A stretch of 64,000 nucleotides of DNA. Source: Octopus vulgaris (taxonomy: Eukaryota). Position numbers and translations under genes: made by a program. Of this stretch, positions 26,965 through 40,869 are shown one piece after another. The stretch is taken from the NCBI GenBank assembly GCA_951406725.2, contig OX597830.1, forward strand, positions 49,228,001 through 49,292,000, in the 5' to 3' direction. Each line of letters opens with the position of its first letter. Within the stretch, counting starts at the first letter, position 1. Under the pieces are notes generated by a model. That model was given only the letters and a program-made list of their open reading frames with translations. It was not told where the DNA came from and searched no databases.

Positions 26965-27473
26965 TATATATGTATATATATATATACATTTAACTATATA
27001 TGTATAAGTGTTTTTCCTTATATATATATACATAAATAGTTATACGTATATATTTATATACATACATATATGAATATTTATATTTGAAGACAATTATACA
27101 TCCATCATAAACATACGCATACTCTAACATCCATGGAACCTCGGCCCACCGTACATACAGTATATAAATCTAGTTATCTGTATATATAAATATATGTGTG
27201 TAATGAATTGTAACGAATCATTTCGTAAATGTGTATTAAACATCAATAGTCAATATTATCTCTAACAAACAGGTTGTAACATATAATTTCAGCAGATAAT
27301 TTACGGTTTGATTCACTGGTCCATGTAATCTCCAAGCTCCATGCAGGAGAGAATATAGAATGCAGAACGTTGCAATGGATGGGACAAGAATTACAACGTT
27401 TACTGCGTTTATGCAAATTTTCTTTCAACGTTTTAATAGTGTCGTATGTAGAATCATGCCAGAAGTTGCATAT

Positions 27474-27626
27474 GAGAGAGAGATGGAGAGAGAGAGAGAG
27501 AGAGCGGAGAGAGAGAGAGAGAGGGAGAGAAAGAGAGAAAAATAGAGAGAGAGAGTGATGGCAAGAAAGAGAGAGAAAAAACAGAGAGTGAGATAGTCAG
27601 AAAGAGAGAGAGAGAGAGAGAGCGAA

Positions 27627-27657
<31 letters not shown>

Positions 27658-27913
27658 AAATGAGAGAAAAAAAGAAAGAAAGAGAGAGAGCGAAAGAGAG
27701 GAGAGAGAGAGAAAAATAGAGAGAGAGTGAGGGCGAGAAAGAGAGAGAGAAAAAACAGAGAGTGAGAGAGTCAGAAAGAGAGAGAGAGAGAGAGATAGAG
27801 AGTGAGAGCGAGAGAGAGAGAGAAAAACAGAGAGTGAGAGAGTCAGAAAGAGAGAGAGAGAGAGCGAAAGAGAGAAGAGAGAAAACGAGAAAGTGAGTGA
27901 GAGTGAGAGAGAG

Positions 27914-27956
<43 letters not shown>

Positions 27957-27957
27957 A
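27474..27957. repeat. Long polypurine (GA)-rich tract with higher-order units
   Basis: The unit gagaaaaacagagagtgagagagtcagaaagagag recurs about three times. Confidence 0.9.
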
Positions 27958-28013
27958 ACAAATTTCTAATAAAGGAAATTTCCAATAGCAATCATGTGCA
28001 AAGAAAAAACAGT

Positions 28014-28249
<236 letters not shown>

Positions 28250-28742
28250 GAACACAAAACAAAACAAAACTAGTCAGAAATTCATCAATAATTACTATCA
28301 CCACCCCATAAAGCATTCCTCAATAAAATTAGATTAACTATGGAAGTTCTAACAGTAAAATACACAGCGAAAGTCAACAGAAAAATACTGTACAGTGAAG
28401 TAACTAAGACAGGAGTTAATCGTTAAACAATTTTTAATCGAATGAGGAGGAATACATACTTTACAATATCCTTGTTATGTAACATTGCATGCTACTGGTG
28501 TCACTTAACACAGAAGTTACTGACGAAGAGCGTTAGAATCGTTACTGGAGGCAGGATTATCATTATTGATCCAAAGTAAACATAAAAATCAATTAAGAAA
28601 TGTTACAAATCGTTAATAAATACTATTAGGTTCAGCATGTCTGAAGTGTCATCAATAATTGATAGTGCAATAGTCTGCACGAAACTGTCGGTAACATGCT
28701 GGCTAGTTAAATACTGCTCGACAATACACACACACACACACA

Positions 28743-28870
28743 GCACGCAGTGGTTAGGGTATTCAGCTTACTATCTTAATGTTATTAGTTCGATTACTTA
28801 GGGTGTTGTGACCTTGAGCAAGGTATTTAATTTCATAGAGCTCCAGTACACAGAGCTTGCGAAAATGTGT
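28743..28870 (+). mobile_element. Degraded tRNA-head SINE (Meta-SINE-like)
   Basis: cagtggttagggtattc..gttcgatt..gtgaccttgagcaagg. Confidence 0.5.
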
Positions 28871-28896
28871 GGCATTTTTAATTCACAGGGTCAGGC

Positions 28897-29038
28897 TTAT
28901 GTCTTTATTGCCCACAAGGGACTAAACACAGAGGGGACAAACAAGGACAGACAAAGGGATTAAGTCGATTACATCGACCCTAATGCGTAACTGGTACTTA
29001 ATTTATCGACCCCGAAAGGATGAAAGGCAAAGTCGGCC
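28897..29038 (-). mobile_element. Nin/Deu-domain-like SINE, 3' part
   Basis: rc of 60290-60430 (gcctttcatcctttcggggtcgataaattaagtaccagtt...). Confidence 0.88.
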
Positions 29039-29414
29039 AATAGTCTTGTGAGGCAAGACAAAAGTTACAAATTAAGAAAATACTAGCACTGAACTCCATA
29101 ACATTTCTCATATATTACAGTATACATACCGTTAGTAAATTTGTAAATCCATTTCAAGTACTTGACATCATGTTAGTTCCTGTAAAATAACGAGGCCTAA
29201 GTGACGTCACTACCGTAGTGTTTACACCATCCAGGTATGCTTGATGTGTATTATACTCAGTAATTTACAATATTTGGCCACATTTTGAAAAGAAATGGAT
29301 AAACTTTAAACAAAGTTTACTGACTGAAACGTAGTTAAAATCCTATTGAAACTCCAAAATGCAGGGGCTTCAGAGGCCTCTGGAGAAGCTATTGTTCACT
29401 CAACTCATTTAGCT

Positions 29415-30031
29415 ATGATTCTGCCAACTCACTACGTTACTTGTAATAATAATCCTTTCTACTGGAGGTACAAGACCTGAAATTTGTGGGAGTTGGGTAG
29501 TCAATTATATCGACACCAGTGTGTAACTGGTACTTATTTTATCGACTTCGAAATGATGAAAGGCAAAGTCGACCTCGGCGGAATTTGAACTCAGAACATA
29601 AAGTGGGACGACATGTCACTAAGCATTTTACCCGGCATACTAGCGATTCTGCCAGCTCCCCGCCTCAGTTGTAATAATAAGGACAGTACTTGCCACAAGA
29701 GAATAAAAAGTATTTATACTTCCATACATTATTAATTTTATAACTATGTATATAAATACATCTATTATTAACTCACTATAACATAAATACTGAGTTCATA
29801 AAAAACCTTGAAATTAGTACTAATGTGTGTGACATGGTTTTCTTGATATAATATAACAAACGAAGTAAATGAAGCTAAAGTTCCTTTGAGATTGAGCATA
29901 TATGGACAGCAAGGTGAAGACGCAGCCTGTTTGAGGTGTATAGGTTTGGTGTGTTATGCTGACAGTAGTGATATTATAGCTATTTTTGATATATTGTCTA
30001 TTCGTTACAAACTAATCCTCCATTACAGAAA
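29415..30031. repeat. Inverted duplication, left arm (617 bp; includes a minus-strand SINE at ~29452-29666)
   Basis: Reverse complement of 30653-31269, with roughly a dozen substitutions. Confidence 0.95.
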
Positions 30032-30652
30032 AGGCTCGAGCCCTTTTCAACGATACCATGGGGTAGTCTCATACAGAAAGTATAGCTCAAAAGCAACTTT
30101 TTTAATGGAAATCCTGGGGGGCGCCTTGTACGCCCAGTCATGTTATCCACTGGCATATACGGTAGTTAGATGCATATATATATAACGCGTTTCTATACCT
30201 CGTATAAATCACTTTAGGTATGAGGTGGATATCAGACAAAGTGCTTCAATAATAAGTCCCTGAGAACTCGGATGCTTGCAGCTGGTTTCAACTGACAGTT
30301 ACTCACAATCAGACGTGATAGTTGGTATCATTTGGTACAAATTGAATAAATTGATAGAGTAGGAGAGAAACCAGATACAATGGAATCAGAAATACAGATA
30401 CACCTCTGCTCCTCAGACGATAAATATATACTTCCACCACGCATCTTATGTCTTCTGTGCGGTTTTACTTAGTGAAATGTTGCAACTACAATACAAAAAT
30501 CTGGAGGATGCGAATATCTAGTTGAAACTTGGGATTTTGTATTTTCTCTCCATATTAATCCATGCTGGTTAACTGTTCTTGGTGATGTTGCTTTATATGG
30601 ATGTTCTGCTAATATTACCTGTTAATTCCGCTTTAACTTTTCAATATATCAG

Positions 30653-31269
30653 TTTCTGTAATGGAGGATTAGTTTGTAACAAATAGACAATATATCAAAA
30701 ATAGCTATAACATCACTACTGTCAGCATAACACACCAAACCTATACACCTCAAACAGGCTGCGTCTTCACCTTGCTGTCCATATATGCTCAATCTCAAAG
30801 GAACTTTAGCTTCATATACTTCGTTTGTTATATAATATCAAGAAAACCATGTCACACACATTAGTACTAATTTCAAGGTTTTTTATGAACTCAGTATTTA
30901 TGTTATAGTGAGTTAATAATAGATGTATTTATATACATAGTTATAAAATTAATAATGTATGGAAGTATGAATACTTTTTATTCTCTTGTGGCAAGTACTG
31001 TCCTTATTATTACAACTGAGGCGGGGAGCTGGCAGAATCGCTAGTATGCCGGGTAAAATGCTTAGTGGCATGTCGTCCCACTTTATGTTCTGAGTTCAAA
31101 TTCCGCCGAGGCCGACTTTGCCTTTCATCATTTCGAAGTCGATAAAATAAGTACCAGTTACGCACTGGTGTCGATATAATCGACTACCCCACTCCCACAA
31201 ATTTCAGGTCTTGTACTTCCAGTAGAAAGGATTATTATTACAAGTAACGTAGGGAGTTGGCAGAATCAT
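30653..31269. repeat. Inverted duplication, right arm (includes a plus-strand SINE at ~31018-31232)
   Basis: Reverse complement of 29415-30031. Confidence 0.95.
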
Positions 31270-31450
31270 TAGCACGCTGGACAAAATGCTTAGCGGCATT
31301 TCCTTTGTCTTTACGCTCTGAGTTCAAATTCCGCCCAGATCGATTTTTCCTTACATTTTTTCGAAGTCGATAAAACAAGTATCAGTTGAAAGCAATCGAC
31401 GTACCACTCTGTCAACGGACATGCTGGCCTTGTGCCAAACTCTGAAATCA
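31252..31450 (+). mobile_element. Nin/Deu-domain-like SINE
   Basis: gagttggcagaatcattagcacgctggacaaaatgcttagcggcattt...ctgagttcaaattccgcc. Confidence 0.85.
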
Positions 31451-32543
31451 TTACTATAATTACAAGTAGTTGATATTATTACTACACTACCTAATTATTC
31501 TTCATTCAGTTGCCATTATTATAACAAGCTCTTGCTAAGAATTGTTGCATAATTTAGAATTTAGACTTTTCAGCAATTGTCAACCTAAACCTAATTCTTA
31601 AGCAAATAATAAACAATTTGGTCTTCGTACATTGCATCCATTCTACACACGTCCCTTATTTGCATATGTTTCAGGCATTTTCTCTGCACTTGTTTATAAT
31701 GATCAATCACCCAAGGAATGTCAGTTACAGGAATCGGTCTCTTCTAAACAAACAGTCAAGTCACTTGATGAACATCTACATATTCCAAACTGCTCTGTTG
31801 TATTTCTCTTCGGTTATACTTTCGTTTTATTTTTCTACAATTCTCTCACACGCTTACACTTTGGATTTTGGATTAAGTAATATATATATATATATATTTT
31901 AAGGCTTTATGGTTTCTATTTGATTATTTTGTTTTTGTATACATGTAATATTACATTACACCGTTCTATAACTTGCATTTTATATTTTCACATATGCATT
32001 TTATACTTTTTGTGTTTTGTATATTAGTTCATTTTTACATATTTATCTATACTCATGTATCCACGGGTAAATGCGTAGCCTTTGCGTATATATTTACGTG
32101 CTGTTTCGTCCATGAAACTAAATGTGGCTACAGAATTAACATATACAAGACATCATTCAAAAGTTTGTACCATTAATGGTATATACATGTAATGTGTGCA
32201 TTCCTTCGGGTATAAGTGTAGGCGTGTGGGTTTCTGGGTGGTGTGTGATCATATATATACATTGTCTAAGTGAAAAAGTTGGATTATCCTACTTATAAAT
32301 TTATACTGATATAACGATAATGAACATATTTTTTAAACATCGAGGCTTGTGCACATATGCATCGGTTTGCATGTATGTGCGCTCACACACACATCTCTGT
32401 TTATATGCATATGCCTGTGTATATATATGTGCACGTACGTGTAAGTACAGGCACATTTATATGAATAGATCCACGCATGAGAGTATATATTAGCATGACC
32501 ACTGTCTAATAATTGAAAAAGTATGAGATATGTTATATAAATA

Positions 32544-33975
32544 CAGGGATTGGACAAGATTATGGAAACAACTAGCATCATAACATAATTTTGAAATATC
32601 TATAAAACCGGCAATAACTTGTTTATTTTGGTGTTTTTATTTATTTATTATTAGTGTTGCTTAATATGTATTGCTAAAATTGCTGTTTCTTTTCAGATAT
32701 CAAAAGAAAAAAGGTAGTTAAATTTAATTAAAATGACAGATCTGTCGGACTTTCATGGAGGTACAATTGTTGGTGCTCGTATGGCAGGCGTTAGCGTAAC
32801 AAAATGTTACCGAAATGTTTTTGGTATATCAAGAAGTACTGTCTTGAAAGTAATGACAGCCTTTGAGATAGAGGGAAAAAACCTCCTCGTCGAAACAAAT
32901 ATATAACAACAACATTAGTAATGGGGTACGGAGCATGATACTTTAAGAACGATATTGACAGGTTGTATTAGTAGACACAAACATGGGTGAGGGTTAATCA
33001 GAGTTGAGAGTCATATATCCTCATTGCAGGAGGTTGGAGATCAAGAATGCTATAGAACTCTATGTGAACGTAGTGAGAAAATCTGGATAAATAGGAACCG
33101 TCGAACTCTTACGCGAATTGTTTGAAAGAATCACAAAAGTACAGCTCCCAAAATTACTGTAGAGCGTAATGACCACCTCGAGAACCTAGTTTCCACAAAA
33201 ACTGTTCGCCGGTAGCTGCAAAAAGCTGGCTGCAATCAGAAAACCAATACTTTCAAAAATAAACGTTGCAAAGCGTTTAGAGTGGAGTAAGAACCACCAG
33301 ATGTGGTCCCTAGAGCAGTGGAAGGATGTTATTTTCTCGGACGAGTCATCCTTTACCTTATTTCCGACTACGTGCCGAGTATACGTGTGGAGACAGCCAA
33401 AAGAAGCATTTGACCCAGACTGCCTTCTTCCAACCGTTAAACATCTGTAGGATCTGTGATGATCTGGCGGGGTGGGGTGGGGGCTATATCTTGAAAATCT
33501 GCCAGCCTAATGGTTTTCCTTCATGGCAGAATTAATAGTCAAGACTAAGTATTTTATCTGATCAAATTTATCCTGCGGTTGTGGAACTGTTTCTGGAGGG
33601 AAACGCAATCTTTCAAGATGATAATGCACCGATTCACACAGCTAATGTTGTTACTGAATGGCATGAGAAACATTCTAGTGAAGCTGAACATCTTATCTGG
33701 CCATCACAGTCCCCAGATCTCAATATTATTGAACATTTATGGTGCATATTAGAAAAACGAATTAGGAGTCGATATCCTCCGCCACCAATACTACAAGAAC
33801 TGGAGACTGTTTTAGTAGAAGAATGGACAAAAATTTTTTTGGAAACAATTCAAACCTTGTAGTAGTTCATAGCTTGTTGCATTCAAGCTGTAATTAGTGC
33901 CAAAGTCGGCCCTACCCCATACTAAAATTAATTTGCTTGAAATTTTAATGTGTTTCCGTTATTTTGTCCAACCCC

Positions 33976-33977
<2 letters not shown>
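32544..33977 (+). mobile_element. Decayed Tc1-family (DD34E) transposon
   Basis: TIRs cagggattggacaagattatggaaaca / tgtttccgttattttgtccaacccct, flanked by TA. Peptides MTDLSDF..IVGARMAGVSVTK, WSLEQWKDVIFSDESSF, FQDDNAPIH and WPSQSPDLNIIEHLW, with stops and frameshifts. Confidence 0.93.
32900..33092 (+). other. Insertion inside the Tc1, copied from the R4-like remnant at 35647-35838
   Basis: caacattagtaatggggtacgg...gagaaaatctggata is present at both places. Confidence 0.85.
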
Positions 33978-34029
<52 letters not shown>

Positions 34030-34245
34030 CATACACACACATATATATATATATACATATATATACATATATATAGATATATATATATATATACATACAC
34101 ATATATATATATATATACTTATATATATATATACATACATATATATATACACATATATATATACATATGTATATACACACACACATATATATGTATATAT
34201 ATATATACATACCTACATACATACATACATATGTATATATATATA

Positions 34246-34326
<81 letters not shown>

Positions 34327-34480
34327 GTATATGTATATGACTATGACTGACGGTATATGTTTATGTGTATATTATAAGTATGTTATAAGTTCAAGGGTAT
34401 ATTCTCAAATAGCGCACACAAAGTTCTGGACAGAGAAAAATAGTACCGAACGACCCACATATGAGCAACACAGCATCTAA

Positions 34481-34571
<91 letters not shown>

Positions 34572-35238
34572 CTTATTCCTCTGAAAATCTCTTTGTTCTC
34601 ATGTTATAAATACATCTTTAGAAACCGTAAAAATGATATACATTAGGGAGAAATATAGAAATCGTATGAAAGGCTAATGTCTTTGTACGGTGTTTCGTAT
34701 ACGAGATAAAAGCGTGATATCTTTTTATGTTACTCTAGTTTACATTAACGTTAACACTACTACAGAATTAGGTACGAAGGCAAGATCTTCTGATACGAGA
34801 TTATGTTGTGTGGGTCATTGTTAAATACAGTTTCGACTAGTTAAACGAGAGAGATAAAAGCTAATGGTGAGGCGAAAGACAGGGTTAGTTAGAGAAAGAA
34901 AAAGATGGCAGGGAGGGTCAGCCGTTTTAACATGTTGCTGTAATTTTTATTTCCTCTGAAAGTTACTAAGAGAAAAAAAAGTTGAGCTTTATTGAAGAGA
35001 CGGATTCTATCGTTGAAAACAGAAATGACAGAATTCTGAATTATTTCTATAGTTTTGTCCCTCAACGGTCCAGTCTCTCAAAAATATATCAAATATTTAT
35101 ATAATACGTGACTGTATTTATCAAACACATGTTCCTATAGAAGCACACAGACATATATAGACTCATGTGTATATATGTGCATTCATAAGATGTATGTATG
35201 CATGTAGGTATGTATGAAAACATACATATACATACATG

Positions 35239-35286
<48 letters not shown>

Positions 35287-35414
35287 AATATATACATACT
35301 TATATATGTATATATATATTTATGTATCTATATATATATGTATATATATACATATATATACATATATATACGTGTATGTATATATACCTGTATGTATATA
35401 TTCATACGACTATG

Positions 35415-35468
<54 letters not shown>

Positions 35469-35646
35469 TTTGTGCCTATCTACGGGTATGTATATGTATG
35501 TATATATATATTGTTGTTTGTCTTCACTAATGTCAGTGTTGCAGTCGAAACGTTTCTCTCGATTACGTTTTGACATCATAACGAGACGGAATACGAGATG
35601 ATAAAAGTAACAATAATAATGATAAGAACATCAACAACAGTAAAAG

Positions 35647-36720
35647 CAACATTAGTAATGGGGTACGGAACATGCTACTTTAAGAATGATGTTGAAAGGT
35701 TGTAGTAGTAGACACAAACGTGGGTGAGGGTTAATCAGAGTTGAGAGTCATATATCCTCAGGAGAAAATTGCTGGAGGTTGTAGATCGAGAATGCTATAG
35801 AACTCTTTGTGAACGTAGGGAGAAAATCTGGATAGATACATACGTGGAAAGAGAGGAGTATCAAGAACAAAAAAAGAATATGGAGTGAAAGGTAATGGAA
35901 TGGCAAAAATACGTACGGGTGGTTTCCGTGTGCATTGAGCAGTAACGCAGGTACTAGTGGACTGTGACATTTGCTAAAGAAAAGTGGCTTCAAGCCAGGG
36001 ACAGACGTGCTTATCGGTGCTAAGATAAATTGCGGCATATGTGCGATTGACGATACAGGAGAAAGTGACCAGTGAAGATTGAGCAGTGATAAGTGTGATT
36101 CTGTACGGCATAGGCTGAATGAATGCACGAAGCTGGTTCAAAAAAGATACAAAAGAAGATACGATAATGTCACAAGAATGATTTATTGGCAGATTTGTGA
36201 CAAGCATGGATCGGATTAAGCCAGAATGAGTAAGAATATTTAGCTATAGTTGTAATAATATCAATTGGCAAGTATTTGTAATAATAATAATAATGATAAC
36301 GACGATGTTTTCTACAAGAGGATAAGAATTATTAATTATTCCACACATTACTAATTTGCATATTAAATCATATATTCATATCTTGCAATAATATATGCGT
36401 GATCGAGAATGACAAGGTAACTCTACTGTGGAACATAAAAATCGACTGAGATCATTCAAACCAATGTAAAGCGCCTGGTGATAAAAGATTATCGGAAAGA
36501 AAAGAGAAGCAAAACAAATATGGTGATTTGAAGTGGGAGTTAAAAAGAGTGAAATGATTGAAGAAGATGAATGTTGTAGCTGTTGTACCCTTAGAAACTC
36601 TAAGTATCAGGTTCCCAAATTGGATCGAAGAGATAATTGTAAAAATGAAGATGGAGCAATGCAGTGTTTTTGAAATCTGAATGAAGAGGTACCTTCGCTG
36701 ACAAGCAGAGGGCGACAGAG
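35647..36720 (+). mobile_element. Old degraded R4/Dong-type LINE 3' part
   Basis: Decayed peptides KNDVERL..RG*GLI, LKKSGFKPGTDVLIGA, ECTKLVQKRYKRRYDNVTRMIYWQICDKHG and APGDKR..EKQNKYGDLKWELKR parallel the younger copy at 37718. Confidence 0.8.
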
Positions 36721-36779
36721 ACATTGTTACGTTTCCTAGCGAAGTTGTCGTGTTAAACAATAATGATAACGAAAATAAT

Positions 36780-37350
36780 AACCATCTTCAAACCAAGTGT
36801 AGTGAGCCACAACAACAACAAAAAAAGAAAGTATAGGCGCTGACATGACTTTATTAGTGATAAGATTGCATTGAGATGTTAGTCAAATTTGCTGATTCCA
36901 AGTGACGGAAACGTTTTATGAGCACCTGTCAGGGGCTGTAATGATGAATGGCTGCAACAAAATTTTATGAAATTTCTCCATTCACACTGCGTGGGAACAA
37001 AAGCAGGGTCAGATATAAGTTTACAGCAGCATATATCAGTAGAAGAGACACCAAAGAAACAGAAAATTGAGAATCTAGCCAGAGACAAGAATATATTGTG
37101 GAACATAAAGGTGACAATTGCTCCGGTGCACTTGGCACAACACTCAGACTGCTACCCAAGAAGAAGTGGGGTACTAGAATTAAGACAAGACTACACAAAC
37201 ATGCCACTGTATTCTGCAAGAATTCTATGAAAGATTCTTGAGATTTGAGAAGGTTTATGTTTCACTAAAACTCTGGAAAGAATTCCTGCAAACTAAATGC
37301 ACATTGTTATTGCTTCTGTATAATAGATACATAATTGCATTATGTAAAAT
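36780..37350 (+). mobile_element. Second old R4/Dong-type LINE 3' remnant
   Basis: Traces of RHD..LHW, KAGSDI, KKQKIENLARD..LWNIKVTIAPV and LYSARIL*K, followed by a 3'-like tail. Confidence 0.65.
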
Positions 37351-37646
37351 AAAATAAAAACTGTAATAGATGTATAACTTTATCTTAGTTCGATACCAAA
37401 TACTATATTTTAATTATGATAAAGGTATTTAGAGGCTTCATGATTCGCGCTACATTTTAAGAAAGGTTCCTGTAAAACACTGCATACTTAAGGAACCGTA
37501 AAAGAACCTCAAGAAACACGTGTGGCTGAGAAATGAGTATTAAGTATTAAATTAAAATTCTTTTAATAACAAATATATTTCCTCATTGAGAATAATTTGA
37601 ACCCCCGTGATGCCGGAATTTTTATTCCCTAATAAATATGATGATG

Positions 37647-37717
<71 letters not shown>

Positions 37718-38966
37718 TGGACACGAAATGAACTGTCCAAAATAGATAGGAAAACAAGAAAAATACTAGGATGCATCACCCAAAATCTGACATAGAAAGA
37801 CTATATATACAACGTATAGAAGGTGGTAGAGGCCTTATACAGCTGGAAAACTACTATAAAATAACCACCATAGGACTGCAAAAATACCTACTTCAGAAGG
37901 AAGGAAAACTGATCCAGATAGCGGCAAAACACGAGCAAAACAAAAAACTGTTCTCAGTATTTAAGGAAGCTGACAAATACAAACAAGAAATCATACCACC
38001 TAATAAACACGAAGAAGAAGAAGAAGATGATGAAGAAACAACAAAAGCTATAAAACAAATGAAATCCAAACTAAAAATAGAACAGCAACGAACCATGATA
38101 AAACGATGGCAAGAAAAGCCCCTTCATGGTAAATACTGCACTAAACTAAACGCAAAAGAAATAGACAAAGAAAAATCCCAGCAATGGTTGAGAAGCTCAC
38201 GACTTAAAGCAGAAACAGAGGGATTTTTAATTGCAGCACAAGACCAAAGCCTCCCCACCAGAAATTACCAAAAACATGTAATGAAAAGAAATATTACAAG
38301 TAACTGCAGAATATGTGGAGATGGACAAGAAACAATAAATCATATTATCTCTAGCTGCCCAGTCTTGGCTAAGAAGGAATATATTCACAGACATGACAGA
38401 GTTGGAACCTACATACATTGGAAGCTATGCCAACATTATGGAATAACAACAGAAAAAAGATTGTATAGGCACACACCAGAAAAGGTCAGAAAACGAGAAA
38501 GCAACCATACTCTGGGATATGCCGATACACACAGATAGAGAAATTAAGGCCAACAGACCAGATATAGTTGTCAGAGATCATGAAGAAAAAAATGCTTTCT
38601 AATTGATGTATCAATACCGGCAGATGACAACGTGTCTCTAAAAGAAATGGAGAAAAACTCTCAAAATACAAAGACCTGGAAATAGAGGTAACTAGAATGT
38701 GGAATCTGAAAACAGAAACAATTCCTATCTAGTAGGTGCATTAGGCATGATAAAAAAATATTCAGACAAATACATAACAAAAACACCAGGACTTACAAAC
38801 ACATATAACATACAGAAAATTGCACTACTAGGCACTGCACACATCCTACGCAGAACACTTTCCATACAATAACCATCAGAGCATCACAACAAATCACAGC
38901 ACATACCCAAGGCACACAGAGCTGCGCTCGGTAGTGAAGTGAAAGCACGCTATAAAAATAAAACTA

Positions 38967-38969
<3 letters not shown>
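37718..38969 (+). mobile_element. 5'-truncated R4/Dong-clade non-LTR retrotransposon (restriction-like endonuclease) in (TAA)n
   Basis: HPKSDIERLYIQRIEGGRGL, KAETEGFLIAAQDQSL and a CCHC knuckle CRICGDGQETINHIISSC are followed by RHD. In shifted frames come ILWDMPIHTDREIKANRPDIVV, LIDVSIP..D and KYKDL (PD-D/ExK). (TAA)n flanks both sides. Confidence 0.93.
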
Positions 38970-39045
<76 letters not shown>

Positions 39046-39048
<3 letters not shown>

Positions 39049-39493
39049 TATTCTGCTCAATACCACAGATTTGCTTGTCAGTTGTTTGACCTTAACCAGT
39101 TGAGCATGTCCCTTAGTGGCTGACGCTATGTGCATCTCTGATCACGAGCAGAAGTAGTGGGGGAGCATCATAGCCATGTGTTGAGAGGGATTCTTTGGGG
39201 TTTGAATAGTTCACCTCTGGAAACATGGGTGGTTCTTTCAACATCCTTAAACAACCCTTATACAGGGACCGTTTGAGCGGGATGGGCTACTCAACCTGAA
39301 GAAAATTCTAGCTGGGCCCCACCTGCAAGGTCATGTGCTGTTTATCTTGATATGAGATCACCATGTCGCGCACATATGGTTGTGGTGCATGTGCCTGGTG
39401 TACCTTTATCAGACGGGTAGTCATGATGGGTATATTGGGCTTCGTATATTTTACCCCAGTGTCACTTTGATGGCATGAACTGCTCTCTCACTC
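39046..39493 (+). mobile_element. (TAA)n-anchored non-coding retroposon, shorter copy
   Basis: Near-identical to 42116-42563, with the same 3' end ctctctcactc|aataat. (TAA)n lies on both sides. Confidence 0.88.
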
Positions 39494-39537
<44 letters not shown>

Positions 39538-39936
39538 TAATAATATTAATAATAATAATTAGAAATTTAACTATGACATTATGTACATTAGCTGAAATTA
39601 GTTGCCCAGCAGTCTAACATGATGTACAAGATTTATGGAATATCTCTTAAAGAAAGATCTGTTATTGCTCGAGTTACTGAAGCCGAGTTTAACTGAAGAG
39701 TTATCTCTGCGATTACTGCATACGGTACTCATTGCTTCACAGTTACTCGTAAGAAGCTGGGATTCACAAGATCAAAATGACCATGCTTAATCAGATTACA
39801 GTTACGCACATTAAAAGAACTGGAATATAGATGCAAGTTCAGTAGAAGCAATAACATTTATACCAGCAGAAATGCATGCATGTGAACATGTGAATAACTG
39901 CATACTTATATCGATATAAAAGTACATCGATATAAG

Positions 39937-39985
<49 letters not shown>

Positions 39986-40183
39986 ATATATGCGCGAGAT
40001 TTTCACAAGCACTAACACTATATGTGTATACAGATTTTACAAATACATTATCTATGTAAATATACGCATATATATGCACACATATACATATAAACGCATA
40101 TGCACATGTAGACAGTTATATACATACACACATACACGCATGCACACACACTCACGCACACACGTACACATATATACATATGT

Positions 40184-40233
<50 letters not shown>

Positions 40234-40684
40234 AAACGCGTAAATATACGTACATATATACATATATAACTCACAATATTGTTAAATTAACTTCAAATTT
40301 AAATTGAGTTTAACATTTGTCTGAGCTTTTAGACGGCTATAATGACCTCTCAATAATGTAGCTGGCGTCATCCAGCCTCCCTCTTTCTCCCTCTCTCTCT
40401 CCCTCTCACACACACATTTATACAGAAGACATTTTATAACATGCTATTATCAAAAATGTCTACAGGACAGATTTTATCTTCTGTGAGCAATGAAAATTAG
40501 AATCAACCATTATTTGTTTTTTGTTGCTGTATTCCAACACCAGATAAAGGCATATTCTCTGTCCACCGAGACAATTGTAGTATATTACTATTTATATAAT
40601 TTATACATTATAAATAGCAACACATAGATACACACACGCAAACATACACACATACATACATGCATACACACATATATATATATG

Positions 40685-40738
<54 letters not shown>

Positions 40739-40798
40739 ACGATACATATTAAAAATATGAGCTACTACTAGTTTCTTGCCAGAGAGACACTGTTATCA

Positions 40799-40865
<67 letters not shown>

Positions 40866-40869
<4 letters not shown>

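Noticed and set aside
28520-28548. ctgacgaagagcgttagaatcgtta resembles the 4170 hammerhead
   Set aside because: Stem II and GAAA are disrupted and there is no stem I.
39660-39856. 10-bp inverted ends tgttattgct/agcaataaca suggesting a MITE
   Set aside because: Too short, with no second copy or TSD in the window.
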